64,000 nucleotides of DNA from an uncultured Anaerolineaceae bacterium (GTDB lineage: Bacteria; Chloroflexota; Anaerolineae; Anaerolineales; E44-bin32), in contig CAYMCO010000004.1 in NCBI GenBank assembly GCA_964388955.1, positions 2,487 to 66,486 on the forward strand, read 5' to 3'. The position numbers and the translations under genes were made by a program. The notes under the pieces are model-generated. The model was not told the DNA's origin, ran no database searches, and saw only the letters and a list, made by a program, of their open reading frames with translations. Below, piece by piece: positions 1-8,416 of the stretch (positions are counted from its first letter, which is position 1; the number at the start of each line of letters is the position of its first letter).

Positions 1-780
1 ATCACGTACGTCTTTGCGGGCTACCATTTGGGAAGTATCATCGGCCCCAGCGTCGGAGGGCATGTGGCAAGCGAAGCAGGGATTCGAACCGTAATTGGCC
101 TTGCGGCCGCGGTATTCACAATCACCCCCATCTCCTTGAGCCTGCTCCCCGCCGCTCCGGGGAAACCCGATCCAGGAGCCGCTCGCTATCGAGAGTTGCT
201 GTCGAACCCGGCCCTTTTGCGTCTGGTACCGCTCATGATGTTCGCCATGCTGGCGCTCTTCTTGAACTGGCCGCTGACGCCCAACTTCCTGCAGAATGTG
301 CGCCAGGTGGGCCTGAGCAAGATTGGTCTCTTTGGATCGATCAATGCTTTGGGTGGCCTGCTTCTCAGCCTGATCTTGGGCCGGATCGCGCCGTTTCCCG
401 CCTTCCTGGTTGCGCAAGCCTCCGTCCTGGGCGCCTCAACCCTGCTGTGGATCGGAAGCAGCGCCTCGTGGTATGGCCTTGGATATTTCCTGGCCGCCGG
501 CTACCGGGTCGCCAACACGCTTGCTCTGGCACTGGCTAGGCCGTTGCTGCGCGAGGTCGAAGTGGGGGTCGCATACGGAATCCTGCATGCAGGCATGGGC
601 GCCTCTGTTCTGCTGGCCGCTCCACTGGCGGGGCTGCTTTACAATCTGCGCCCATCCCTGCCCTACCCCGTGAGCGCGGCCTTGATCGCCCTTTCCATCC
701 TGCTTTTCGCCGTCTATATGCCGCGCCTGAACAGGTCGCTGCGGCCGGCCGGCGCCACACAACCGGAGGGCATGCAATGA
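1..780 (+). CDS. MFS-type transporter, C-terminal part (5' end outside window)
   Basis: Frame is open from nt 1 (listed start 28 is TTG). About 250 aa of back-to-back hydrophobic helices, typical of the C-terminal half of a major-facilitator transporter. Stop TGA 778-780 overlaps the next gene's ATG (ATGA). Confidence 0.65.
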   Translation: MTYVFAGYHLGSIIGPSVGGHVASEAGIRTVIGLAAAVFTITPISLSLLPAAPGKPDPGAARYRELLSNPALLRLVPLMMFAMLALFLNWPLTPNFLQNVRQVGLSKIGLFGSINALGGLLLSLILGRIAPFPAFLVAQASVLGASTLLWIGSSASWYGLGYFLAAGYRVANTLALALARPLLREVEVGVAYGILHAGMGASVLLAAPLAGLLYNLRPSLPYPVSAALIALSILLFAVYMPRLNRSLRPAGATQPEGMQ

Positions 781-1757
781 ATGGGTTTCTGGACTGGGGC
801 GTTGGCATCCTGCTCTGGCTGCAAGGCCTTGGCGCCTGGCTGACCCCCCCTATGACTTTCTTCACCTTCTTGGGGCAGGCAGAGTTCTATCTGTTCGTCA
901 TGCCCGCCCTGCTCTGGTGCTTCGACGCAGGGCTGGGACTGACCATCGGCGTATTGCTGATGAGCAGCGTGGGGGTCAATTCAATTCTCAAGCTGACCTT
1001 CGGACTGCCGCGCCCCATATGGGTTCGAAGAGATGTGCTGGCGCTGGGCTCCGAGTCGACGTTCGGTCTTCCTTCCGGGCACGCCCAGAATGGGGTGGTC
1101 GTCTGGGGCAGGCTGGGCGCGGCCTCACAGCGCCGTGCGGCTGCGCTAGGTTGCGGCGTGCTGATACTCCTGATCTCGGTTTCCCGCATCTATCTGGGCG
1201 TCCACTTCCCGATGGATGTCCTGGCGGGATGGGTCTTCGGCGGGATCATCCTGTGGCTCGGATTGCGGCTGGCACCTGCGGTTCGGCGCCTGTGCGGCTC
1301 CCTCAGCGTGCCGCTGTTGGTGGCAGGCTTATTCCTCATCAGCATCGCCATGGTCGGGATCGGCGCTGCAATAGCCGCGCATCGGGGCCCGGTGCCCCAA
1401 GCTTGGATCGAGAATGCCGCCCGAGGCGCGCCCGGTCCCCCCATCGATCCGCTCAACATAGACGACCTGCTGATCAGTGCCGGGGTGCTTTTCGGAATGG
1501 GTGCGGGCGGCATTCTGCTGTTTCGCGGCGCCGGATTCAGCGCGGGCGGGCCGGTCCCGGCGCGCCTGCTGCGCTATGCCCTTGGGTTGGTGGGGGTGGT
1601 TGTGACCTACTACGGTCTCCGCCTGGTCTTCCCGCCGGGCCATGCAGCGCTGCACTATCTGCGCTATGCGGCCGTGGGTTTTTGGGTGACATTCCTGGCG
1701 CCCAGGCTATTCATCCGGCTGGGATTGGCGTCTCCAAGCAAGGGCAACCCTGGCTAG
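777..1757 (+). CDS. PAP2-family (type 2 phosphatidic acid/undecaprenyl-PP-like) membrane phosphatase
   Basis: All three PAP2 motifs are present: KLTFGLPRP, LPSGHAQ and SRIYLGVHFPMD. Several TM helices. ATGA-coupled to the upstream MFS gene. Confidence 0.85.
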   Translation: MNGFLDWGVGILLWLQGLGAWLTPPMTFFTFLGQAEFYLFVMPALLWCFDAGLGLTIGVLLMSSVGVNSILKLTFGLPRPIWVRRDVLALGSESTFGLPSGHAQNGVVVWGRLGAASQRRAAALGCGVLILLISVSRIYLGVHFPMDVLAGWVFGGIILWLGLRLAPAVRRLCGSLSVPLLVAGLFLISIAMVGIGAAIAAHRGPVPQAWIENAARGAPGPPIDPLNIDDLLISAGVLFGMGAGGILLFRGAGFSAGGPVPARLLRYALGLVGVVVTYYGLRLVFPPGHAALHYLRYAAVGFWVTFLAPRLFIRLGLASPSKGNPG

Positions 1758-1833
1758 GGGCGAGCGAAGTGCGTGCCCTTGCATCGCATCGCCGGGCAGG
1801 CCGCCCCTGCGGCCAGCGACCCCAAACCCGCGC

Positions 1834-2205
1834 TCATTTTCTCTCCAACTGGCGCCAAATGAACCAATGCCCCAAGCGGTCATCCGCATCTTTGGGTGCT
1901 CGATCGTAGTACAGATCGAACACCCGTCCGTCCTCAATCTGCACTCGGAAATAGAATCGGCCCACCCCCCAAGAGCCGCGGCGTGCCGCGACCTGCAGGT
2001 GGGCCGGCTGCATGTTCTTCGCCATGCGACCGCGGCGGCCGTAGGAGGACCAGGAGCGGAGCACTCGCTCCACAACGTGCTTATCACCGCGCCAAATGAA
2101 TTCGTCCGGCGCCCCCGGCTTCTTGCTCAGCAAAGGATCGCGCGCAAAGGAGACGCGGATCTCCTCCAGGAGGAACCCGGAGGGGACCCACCTATCCTTT
2201 GGCAT
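1834..2205 (-). CDS. hypothetical protein (basic, Trp-rich)
   Basis: Uninterrupted ORF with ATG at 2205 (a longer TTG start at 2229 is possible). Product contains ...RFYFRVQIEDGRVFDLYYDR...HWFIWRQLE and has no motif I can assign. Confidence 0.5.
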   Translation of the reverse strand: MPKDRWVPSGFLLEEIRVSFARDPLLSKKPGAPDEFIWRGDKHVVERVLRSWSSYGRRGRMAKNMQPAHLQVAARRGSWGVGRFYFRVQIEDGRVFDLYYDRAPKDADDRLGHWFIWRQLERK

Positions 2206-2626
2206 GCCCCTCTCCGGAGCGAGAAGCAAGCCACACTCGAGTGGGCGCCAGGCTGAGCGCCAGGAGCACGAACGCGGCCAGGATGGTCCCGATGCCCAGG
2301 TAGAGAAGTGAGACCAGCGCGTAGAAGTGAGCGATGCGCTGGGCCCATTGCAGTCCCAGGATGACGCCCATGACGACCCCCAACCAGGAGCAGCCCAGCG
2401 CCGCCAGCGGCCAAGCCAGCCGCAAAGCAGGTTGATCGACCAGCCTTGGGAAGATGATCCAAGGGTTCGCCCGCCCGAAGATGGTGAGCGGCTCCCCTGT
2501 CAAACGCAGCGCCAAGCCCTCCGTGGCCATGGCAAGACCCAGCGCCACGCCGCAGACCCCAAAGAGATAAAGCCCGAACGGCGGTTTAGTCCCCCGCACG
2601 GCCATCGCTCCGCCCCAGGCCGGCAC
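2192..2626 (-). CDS. hypothetical integral membrane protein
   Basis: 3-4 predicted TM helices (FGLYLFGVCGVALGLAMA, LAWPLAALGCSWLGVVMGVILGL, LVSLLYLGIGTILAAFVLLAL). Short overlap with the downstream ORF. Function unknown. Confidence 0.45.
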   Translation of the reverse strand: MPAWGGAMAVRGTKPPFGLYLFGVCGVALGLAMATEGLALRLTGEPLTIFGRANPWIIFPRLVDQPALRLAWPLAALGCSWLGVVMGVILGLQWAQRIAHFYALVSLLYLGIGTILAAFVLLALSLAPTRVWLASRSGEGHAKG

Positions 2627-2655
2627 TTCCTGCCCGCAGCTCCCTCGCCCCCCGG

Positions 2656-4731
2656 TCAGCCGGACTCCGCCTGGCGCTCCTCTCTCTCCCGAGCGGCGAT
2701 GATCTCCTCGGCCACATGTGCGGGCACGACTTCGTATCCGCTCAGTTCCATCGAAAAGACACCCCGGCCGCCCGTCATGGAGCGCAGTTCACTCGTATAG
2801 CGCAGCACCTCAGCCAGGGGCACCTGGGCGGTCACGATCCCTCTCCCGTGCCGGCTGTCCATGCCCTGCACCCGCGCCCTCCGCGTGTTGAGATCCCCAA
2901 GCACATCCCCCATGCTGTCGTCGGGGACGGTGATGGTCATCGTCATGATGGGTTCCAACAGCACCGGCTTGGCCTCCCGGAAGGCGATCTTGAACGCCTC
3001 GCGACCGGCGATTTCGAATGCGATGGCTTTTGAGTCTACCGGATGCTCCTTGCCGTCTGTGACCGCCACCCGGACCTTCGTCACCGGGTAGCCCGCCACC
3101 ACGCCCTGCCGCATCACCCCGCGCACGCCTTTCTCGATGGCCGGCATGAAGCCTTGGGAGATCGCCCCCCCAAAGACCTGGTTTACAAATTCGAATTCTT
3201 CCTCTTCGAGCGGTTCGACCCGCATGTGAACCTCGGCGAACTGGCCTGCGCCGCCAGTTTGCTTCTTGTGCCGGTATTGAGAATTGCCCGTGCCAGTGAT
3301 GGTCTCCAAATAGGGCACTTTGGGGGTCTTGGTTTCCAACCCCAGCTGGAATTTCGCCTCCGCCTTGCGCACAGCGACGTCGATGTGCTGATCGCCGAGG
3401 CCCTGCAGCAGCGTCTCGCGCGTCCCACCTTCTTGCCGCCATGAGAGCGTCGGGTCTTCCTCGCATAACCGGGTCAGCGTGGGCCCCATTTTGGCCGAAT
3501 CCGCCTGGGTCTTGGGGGAAACCGCCACAGAGTACAGCGCGTTCGGATACTCCGGCATTGGGACCGTCAGCGGATGCCCCTTGTCCCCCAATGTGTCCCC
3601 CGTCCCGGTCTCGGCCAGTTTGCTCACCGCACCGATGTCCCCTGCATGCAGATGCTCGACGGGAATCTGCTCCTTGCCGCGCATCACATGCACGGTCCCC
3701 AGACGTTCCTCCTCCTCCTTGTTGTGGTTCCATACTCGACTATCCGAGTTGAGCACGCCGGAGAACACCCGCAGATAGGTGAGCTTCCCTACAAAGGGGT
3801 CTGCGGTGGTCTTCCACACATACGCGGCCAGCGGTCCCGCATCCGACGGTTCCAGCTCAACCTCGCCCTCCACTCCCCGTGCACTCACCGGCGGCGCCTT
3901 CATGGGCGACGGCAGCAGCTCCAACAGCGCCTCCATGACGGGCACAATTCCAACGGCTGCAGCCCCGGAAGCCACGAACACCGGCACAAATCGCCCTTCC
4001 GCGATGGAGAGCCGCAGGCCGCGCCCGACCTCTTCCTGGGTCAACTCCTCACCTTCCAGGTACTTCTCCAGCAATTCATCATCCCCCTCCGCCGCGGCCT
4101 CGACCAACTCCATGCGCGCCTCGGCAGCCCGCTCTGAGAATTCCTCCGGTATGGCCTCACGCGCTTCCCCCTCGGCCGGGCGGGCGGACATACTGAGCAA
4201 ATCGATTACGCCTTTGAAATCGCTCTTCTCGCCCCATGGAAGCTGAGCGGGGATGAAGGTCGCATCTGGATCCAACGTACGCACCGATTGCATCGCCCGT
4301 TCGAAGCTGGCTGTTTCCCGGTCCATCTTGCTCACGAGCACCAGGCGCGGCAGTTGGAAGGTATTGCAGTATCCCCATACCACCTCCGTGCCCACCTCCA
4401 CGCCGGCGACCGCGTCGATGACCACGATGGCCCCATCCACCACGCGCAAGGCGGAAATCACCTCTCCGATGAAGTCGGTATATCCCGGCGTATCCAGCAG
4501 GTTAATCTTGTGCTCCTTGAACTCCAGAGGCAGGATTGCCGTTGAAAGGGAAAGGCTGCGTCGGATTTCCTCCTCTTCGAAATCCGATACCGTATTCCCC
4601 TGCTCGACGCTGCCCATGCGGTTGACCACGCCGGTCACATAGAGCATCGCCTCGCCCATCGTGGTCTTTCCCCCGCCGCTGTGCGAGACCATGGCGACAT
4701 CGCGGAGGCTTTCGGTGGCATATTCTTTCAT
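2656..4731 (-). CDS. elongation factor G-like translational GTPase (EF-G paralog)
   Basis: G1 HSGGGKTT, G3 DTPGYTDF and G4 SKMD, then EF-G domains II-V (FVGKLTYLRVFSG, GGAGQFAEV, DSMGDVLGDLNTRRARVQGM). The ORF-track start 4863 is trimmed to ATG 4731 (MKEYATE), ~10 aa before the P-loop. The non-canonical P-loop suggests a paralog rather than the primary fusA. Confidence 0.88.
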   Translation of the reverse strand: MKEYATESLRDVAMVSHSGGGKTTMGEAMLYVTGVVNRMGSVEQGNTVSDFEEEEIRRSLSLSTAILPLEFKEHKINLLDTPGYTDFIGEVISALRVVDGAIVVIDAVAGVEVGTEVVWGYCNTFQLPRLVLVSKMDRETASFERAMQSVRTLDPDATFIPAQLPWGEKSDFKGVIDLLSMSARPAEGEAREAIPEEFSERAAEARMELVEAAAEGDDELLEKYLEGEELTQEEVGRGLRLSIAEGRFVPVFVASGAAAVGIVPVMEALLELLPSPMKAPPVSARGVEGEVELEPSDAGPLAAYVWKTTADPFVGKLTYLRVFSGVLNSDSRVWNHNKEEEERLGTVHVMRGKEQIPVEHLHAGDIGAVSKLAETGTGDTLGDKGHPLTVPMPEYPNALYSVAVSPKTQADSAKMGPTLTRLCEEDPTLSWRQEGGTRETLLQGLGDQHIDVAVRKAEAKFQLGLETKTPKVPYLETITGTGNSQYRHKKQTGGAGQFAEVHMRVEPLEEEEFEFVNQVFGGAISQGFMPAIEKGVRGVMRQGVVAGYPVTKVRVAVTDGKEHPVDSKAIAFEIAGREAFKIAFREAKPVLLEPIMTMTITVPDDSMGDVLGDLNTRRARVQGMDSRHGRGIVTAQVPLAEVLRYTSELRSMTGGRGVFSMELSGYEVVPAHVAEEIIAAREREERQAESG

Positions 4732-4796
4732 CAGAAGGAGGATCCTCTCATCGGGAAATAGATTCGCAGGGTGGATTGTAAGTGAGGCCGGAATGC

Positions 4797-4824
4797 TTGT
4801 CAAAGATTGAAGGGATGCTACAAT
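4797..4824 (+). promoter_or_regulatory. sigma70-like promoter candidate for the Trx-like operon
   Basis: TTGTCA (4797-4802), a 16-nt spacer, then the extended -10 TGcTACAAT (4816-4824). Followed by GAGGAG and GTG 4850. Confidence 0.4.
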
Positions 4825-4849
4825 CCCCCCACCGAAGAGGAGTGCTCCG

Positions 4850-5335
4850 GTGACCATTATCAATCAATATTCGTTTGTCATTGTGGCCTTGCTTTGCATG
4901 GTCGGGCTGGGCCTATTCCTGCTTCGAGATGGAGCGGAGGCGAGCGACATCGTCGCGCTCGCGGCGCTTCTGATCGGATTTGGCATCGCCCATACCCTGC
5001 TGTCGCCGGGTCACAGCACAGAATCCGAGCTGCAAGGTGTTCACTCCTCCATTGGCTCCGGCCGGGCGGTGCTGCTCGAATACCAAAGCCCGTATTGAAT
5101 TGCATGCATGTCAATGAGGCCTGTCGTGGACAGGATCGCACGCCAGAATGCCGGGGGCCTGGAGGTCATACGGCTGAATGCCCAAGACCCGATAGGCGCG
5201 GCCCTCAGCGAAGAATATGATCTGCGGGTGACCCCCACCTTTCTGCTCTTTGACCCGCGTGGGACGGAGATTCTGCGCGCTTTCGGTGTCATAGATCCCG
5301 CCGAAGTCTCCCAAGCCCTGGGAGAGGCGCAGTGA
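4850..5335 (+). CDS. membrane-anchored thioredoxin-like protein with in-frame TGA at the CxxC first-Cys position (candidate selenoprotein, UxxC; alternatively a nonsense pseudogene)
   Basis: ORFs 4850-5098 and 5108-5335 share one frame. Read through, the junction is AVLLEYQSPY-[TGA 5096-5098]-IAC-MSMRPVVDRIA, matching the Trx W-C-G-P-C context. VTPTFLLFD (cis-Pro region) lies downstream. Two N-terminal TM helices. Hairpin CCTGTC-GTG-GACAGG at 5120-5134. Confidence 0.55.
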
Positions 5336-5898
5336 GGCGGCTCTTCTTCGAGTTGTACTACCTGCTGGGGAATGCACCCTGGGACACCGGAATCTCGCCT
5401 CCTGAATTGCTCTCTTTCCTTCGAGACGCCGACCCGGGTCGAGCTTTGGATCTCGGATGCGGCACAGGAACCAACGCCATTACCATGGCCAAGCGCGGAT
5501 GGCAGGTGGTGGGCGTGGATTTTTCCACGCTCGCCATCTGGGCGGCTCGGCGGAAGGCCCGCCATCAGGGGCTCGAAATCGAATTCTTGAGTCGCGATGT
5601 CACAGAACTGGACGATCTCGAGGGACCCTTCGATCTTACGCTGGATATCGGCTGTCTCCATGGCCTGCACCCCGAGAAACGGCTGGATTACGCCCAGGGT
5701 GTCCGTCGGCTGGCCTCGCCCGGCGGATACTACCTGCTCTATTCATTCGTCGTGCAGGAGCCGAATTCGACCAGCAAGTGGCCGACCGCGGATGAGATCG
5801 ACGCGCTTTTCAGCGGTGCGTTCGAATTGCTCTCGACCGAATACGGGCGGGATCGGCAGCGCACCTCTGCCTGGTTTAAGTTTCAGCGCCGAGCATGA
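5332..5898 (+). CDS. class I SAM-dependent methyltransferase (TPMT/TehB-like)
   Basis: Motif I LDLGCGTGTNAITMAKRG and post-I VVGVDFS, preceded by the N-terminal APWDTGISPPEL pattern typical of the TPMT/TehB group. GTG start overlaps the stop of the upstream Trx-like ORF. Confidence 0.8.
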   Translation: MRRLFFELYYLLGNAPWDTGISPPELLSFLRDADPGRALDLGCGTGTNAITMAKRGWQVVGVDFSTLAIWAARRKARHQGLEIEFLSRDVTELDDLEGPFDLTLDIGCLHGLHPEKRLDYAQGVRRLASPGGYYLLYSFVVQEPNSTSKWPTADEIDALFSGAFELLSTEYGRDRQRTSAWFKFQRRA

Positions 5899-6818
5899 TG
5901 ACCAGGGTGCTGTTCCTGTTCATCGATGGCCTCGGCCTCGGTGCCGACGACCCCACCCTTAACCCGTTGATGCGGGCGAATATGCCCACGGTCCGCTCCT
6001 TGTTGGATGGAAAAGCCCTGACCGCTGCTTCGGCCCCTCTGCACACAGAATGGGCGTCCTTGATCTCCGTAGACGCTTGCCTGGGGATTGACGGTCGCCC
6101 CCAGTCCGCCACCGGCCAAGCCACGTTGCTCTCCGGACGCAACGTCCCCAGGGAGATCGGGGAGCATTTCGGACCGAAGCCAAACCAGGCCATTAGAAAT
6201 GTCCTGGATCAGGATAACCTGTTCCGCAATGTGCTCGAAGGCGGTGGGCAAGCCGCCCTGCTGAACGCCTATCCCCCAGCATACTTCGCGGCTATCCGCA
6301 GCGGTAGGCGGCTGCATTCCGCCATCACCTATGCCGCCTCAAGCGCTGGCATACCCATTCGCACGGCGAAGCATCTGGAAGCTGGCCAGGCGCTCTCTGC
6401 GGATTTTACCGGTGAAGGCTGGGCTGCTCGCTCGGATTTCCCCCCCGCGCCGGTATACACTCCCCAGGAAGCTGGAGGGCTGCTGGCGGACCTCGCGATG
6501 GAATACCAGCTCGCCTGGTTCGATTACTGGCTGTTGGATTACGCCGGCCATCGGGGGAGCACGGCCGAGGCCACGGCCTTGCTGGAGACCTGTGACGGCG
6601 TTCTTGCGGGGCTGCTGGAAACCCCCCAGAGCTACTCGGGACTGATCGTGCTGAGCTCCGATCACGGCAATGTCGAGGACATGGGGCGCCGAGGGCACAC
6701 ACTCAATCCTGTGCCGGCGCTCCTGATCGGCCCGAAATCCCTGCGCCTCGAGTTCACAGCCCACTTGAAGGACCTCACCGGATTTGCGCATCCGATCTTG
6801 CATGCCATATTTGCCTAG
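5895..6818 (+). CDS. alkaline-phosphatase-superfamily metalloenzyme (cofactor-independent phosphoglycerate mutase/phosphopentomutase-like)
   Basis: N-terminal metal-ligand motif FLFIDGLGLG and C-terminal LSSDHGN...RRGHT motif. ATGA overlap with the upstream methyltransferase. Confidence 0.7.
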   Translation: MMTRVLFLFIDGLGLGADDPTLNPLMRANMPTVRSLLDGKALTAASAPLHTEWASLISVDACLGIDGRPQSATGQATLLSGRNVPREIGEHFGPKPNQAIRNVLDQDNLFRNVLEGGGQAALLNAYPPAYFAAIRSGRRLHSAITYAASSAGIPIRTAKHLEAGQALSADFTGEGWAARSDFPPAPVYTPQEAGGLLADLAMEYQLAWFDYWLLDYAGHRGSTAEATALLETCDGVLAGLLETPQSYSGLIVLSSDHGNVEDMGRRGHTLNPVPALLIGPKSLRLEFTAHLKDLTGFAHPILHAIFA

Positions 6819-7100
6819 GCAAAGGGACGGACGCCTGGCCCGAGGGTGCATTCCCCATTGGCGGGCAACGCCCTTGCACTCAAGAGCCGGGTATCCGACT
6901 ACCCCCACCCCCTCTCTCCCCCTCCCCCCACGGTGATTTGGATGCGGAGAAATCAGCGCCAACGGTGGGGGCAGGGAATTGCGGTGGGGGACGCAATCGC
7001 GCTGCCGGAGTGGATGTACGGCGCCCTGCATCTCCACGATGGGCAATCTGGGGGTCGAGTGTATGGTGCCCCAGCGCTGGGCCGGAAGTCGAACATAGCT

Positions 7101-7135
7101 GCGCCCCGAAATGGAACCCACCCTGGGCCGAGGGC
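7101..7135. repeat. intergenic repeat motif, copy A
   Basis: GCGCCCCGAAATGGAACCCACCCTGGGCCGAGGGC closely resembles copy B at 7360-7397. A weaker inverted relative lies at 6834-6856. Confidence 0.45.
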
Positions 7136-7209
7136 TGCGTTCCATCCTGGGAGGCGATCTGACACGGCAGACTCGTGCCTGCCGCACCCTGTCAACAACA
7201 CAGGCCAGG

Positions 7210-7331
7210 CCTCTCGATACACGCCTCGCTCCGCTCGCCGCTGCTCGAGATGCGGCCTGCCTCGCACGTTCCGATTGTAGGGAGGCGCATCTCGAGTGCC
7301 GAGTGGTGAAACCACGAGGTGTATCGAGAGG
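7210..7331. other. nested inverted repeats (candidate structured RNA element, strand unknown)
   Basis: Outer arms CCTCTCGATACACGCCTCG (7210-7228) and CGAGGTGTATCGAGAGG (7315-7331). Inner perfect 11-bp arms CTCGAGATGCG (7244-7254) and CGCATCTCGAG (7286-7296), extendable by GCCTGCCT/AGGGAGGC. A small GTGG-TGAAA-CCAC hairpin also lies between the inner hairpin and the outer 3' arm (about 7303-7315). No convincing ORF covers it. Confidence 0.3.
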
Positions 7332-7359
7332 AGCGCCGTGCATTCACTCTCAAGCAGCC

Positions 7360-7397
7360 GCGCCCCCCGAAATGGAACACACCCGGGCCGATGAGCC
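7360..7397. repeat. intergenic repeat motif, copy B
   Basis: GCGCCCCCCGAAATGGAACACACCCGGGCCGATGAGCC is a direct repeat of copy A with a few substitutions/indels. Confidence 0.45.
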
Positions 7398-7541
7398 CTT
7401 GACACTCCGTATGTACCCTCCGTATCATGTCAGTGAAGGCCGTGCGGTCCCTCCGGCATACTATCAGAGAGGTCGGGGTTGGGTCAGGCGCGGCCGGTTC
7501 TAGAAGACGCATCGCCGGCCGATGCACACGGGGTGATATCG

Positions 7542-8141
7542 ATGGGGGGCACAAGCACGATCACTATGGCGGAAGGTATGTCTCTGCTTCCGTTGGCCCG
7601 AGGGGCTATGGAGACCTTCGTCCTCACCGGTGAGCTCCCCACCTTGGAGCTCACCGAGTTCCCCGCCACTTTGCGAGCGCCGGGCGCCTCCTTCGTCACC
7701 CTCACAAAACACGGGGCTCTGCGCGGTTGCATCGGCACCCTCGAGGCGCGTCTCCCGCTCGCAGAAGACGTACGCAGGCGAGCGGTGGATGCCGCCACTC
7801 GAGACTACCGTTTCCCGCCCGTGCGTGCGCAGGAGTTGGCTGAGATTCACATTGAGGTCTCGGTGCTGAGTGCGCCTGAACCGCTTCGCTATGGGAATCC
7901 GCAGGAGATCCCTCATCTGCTTCGACCAGGGACGGATGGGGTGGTGCTGGTTTCCGGTATGCGGCGATCAACTTTCCTGCCACAGGTATGGGAGCGGGTC
8001 CCTGAGCCGGAGCGCTTTCTCGAGATGCTTTGCCAGAAGGCCGGATTGGCCCCGGATGCCTGGCGTTACGAACCGCTGCACCTGCTCACATATCAGGTCC
8101 ACAGCTTCTGCGAAGGCGACGAAGCCGAGGCAGCGGCCTAG
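7542..8141 (+). CDS. AMMECR1 domain protein
   Basis: FVTLTKHGALRGCIGTLEA and RSTFLPQVWE patterns of the AMMECR1 family. Start uncertain (TTG 7479, ATG 7542, ATG 7566). Confidence 0.8.
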   Translation: MGGTSTITMAEGMSLLPLARGAMETFVLTGELPTLELTEFPATLRAPGASFVTLTKHGALRGCIGTLEARLPLAEDVRRRAVDAATRDYRFPPVRAQELAEIHIEVSVLSAPEPLRYGNPQEIPHLLRPGTDGVVLVSGMRRSTFLPQVWERVPEPERFLEMLCQKAGLAPDAWRYEPLHLLTYQVHSFCEGDEAEAAA

Positions 8142-8143
8142 AG

Positions 8144-8416
8144 TCACAGACTTTCAAATCGATCCACACGGAGGACAAACACCGTCGCCCGCCCATGCCC
8201 TGAGAGGTCGGGGGTGCGGCTTTTCTCCCGGATGATCTCCAGCGCACGATCGACCTTTTCCTCTTCGGTACCCACAAAGAGTGTTGTGTTCCCGCGCCGG
8301 AAGAATCCCCCCGTTGAAGCCACGCGTGTGACGCGGTACTCCTCCGCCAGCATGGCTGCAACCACCTCTTCTACCCCTTCATCGCTCAAGATGATGATCA
8401 TCAGTTTCATGCTCAT
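8144..8416 (-). CDS. PII-like cyclic-di-AMP receptor family protein (DarA/PstA/YaaQ, DUF970-like)
   Basis: The 90-aa product matches B. subtilis DarA (YaaQ) as I recall it: RVTRVASTGGFFRRGNTTLFVG and GRATVFVLRVDRFE. Its start codon abuts the stop of the antiporter gene. Confidence 0.75.
   Translation of the reverse strand: MSMKLMIIILSDEGVEEVVAAMLAEEYRVTRVASTGGFFRRGNTTLFVGTEEEKVDRALEIIREKSRTPDLSGHGRATVFVLRVDRFESL

Noticed and set aside
2810-3733. Long antisense or out-of-frame ORFs inside real genes (e.g. 2810-3733, 14186-15028, 29336-30130, 31594-32661, 54549-55307, 61356-62366)
   Set aside because: These are shadow ORFs typical of high-GC coding DNA. Each lies wholly within a gene that has clear family motifs on the other strand or frame.
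2656-4731. Whether the EF-G-like GTPase next to the candidate selenoprotein gene could be SelB
   Set aside because: It has the full five-domain EF-G layout (domain IV/V motifs, ~690 aa). It lacks the EF-Tu-like core plus winged-helix C-terminal extension that SelB has.
6339-7343. 334-aa minus-strand ORF (and the overlapping 6846-7280, 6953-7405 and 7111-7503 ORFs) in the 6.8-7.5 kb gap
   Set aside because: The composition is dominated by Arg/Pro/Gly/Ala, as expected for random frames in high-GC DNA. The ORFs overlap each other on both strands and overlap the 3' end of a real gene, and none has a motif or ribosome-binding site.
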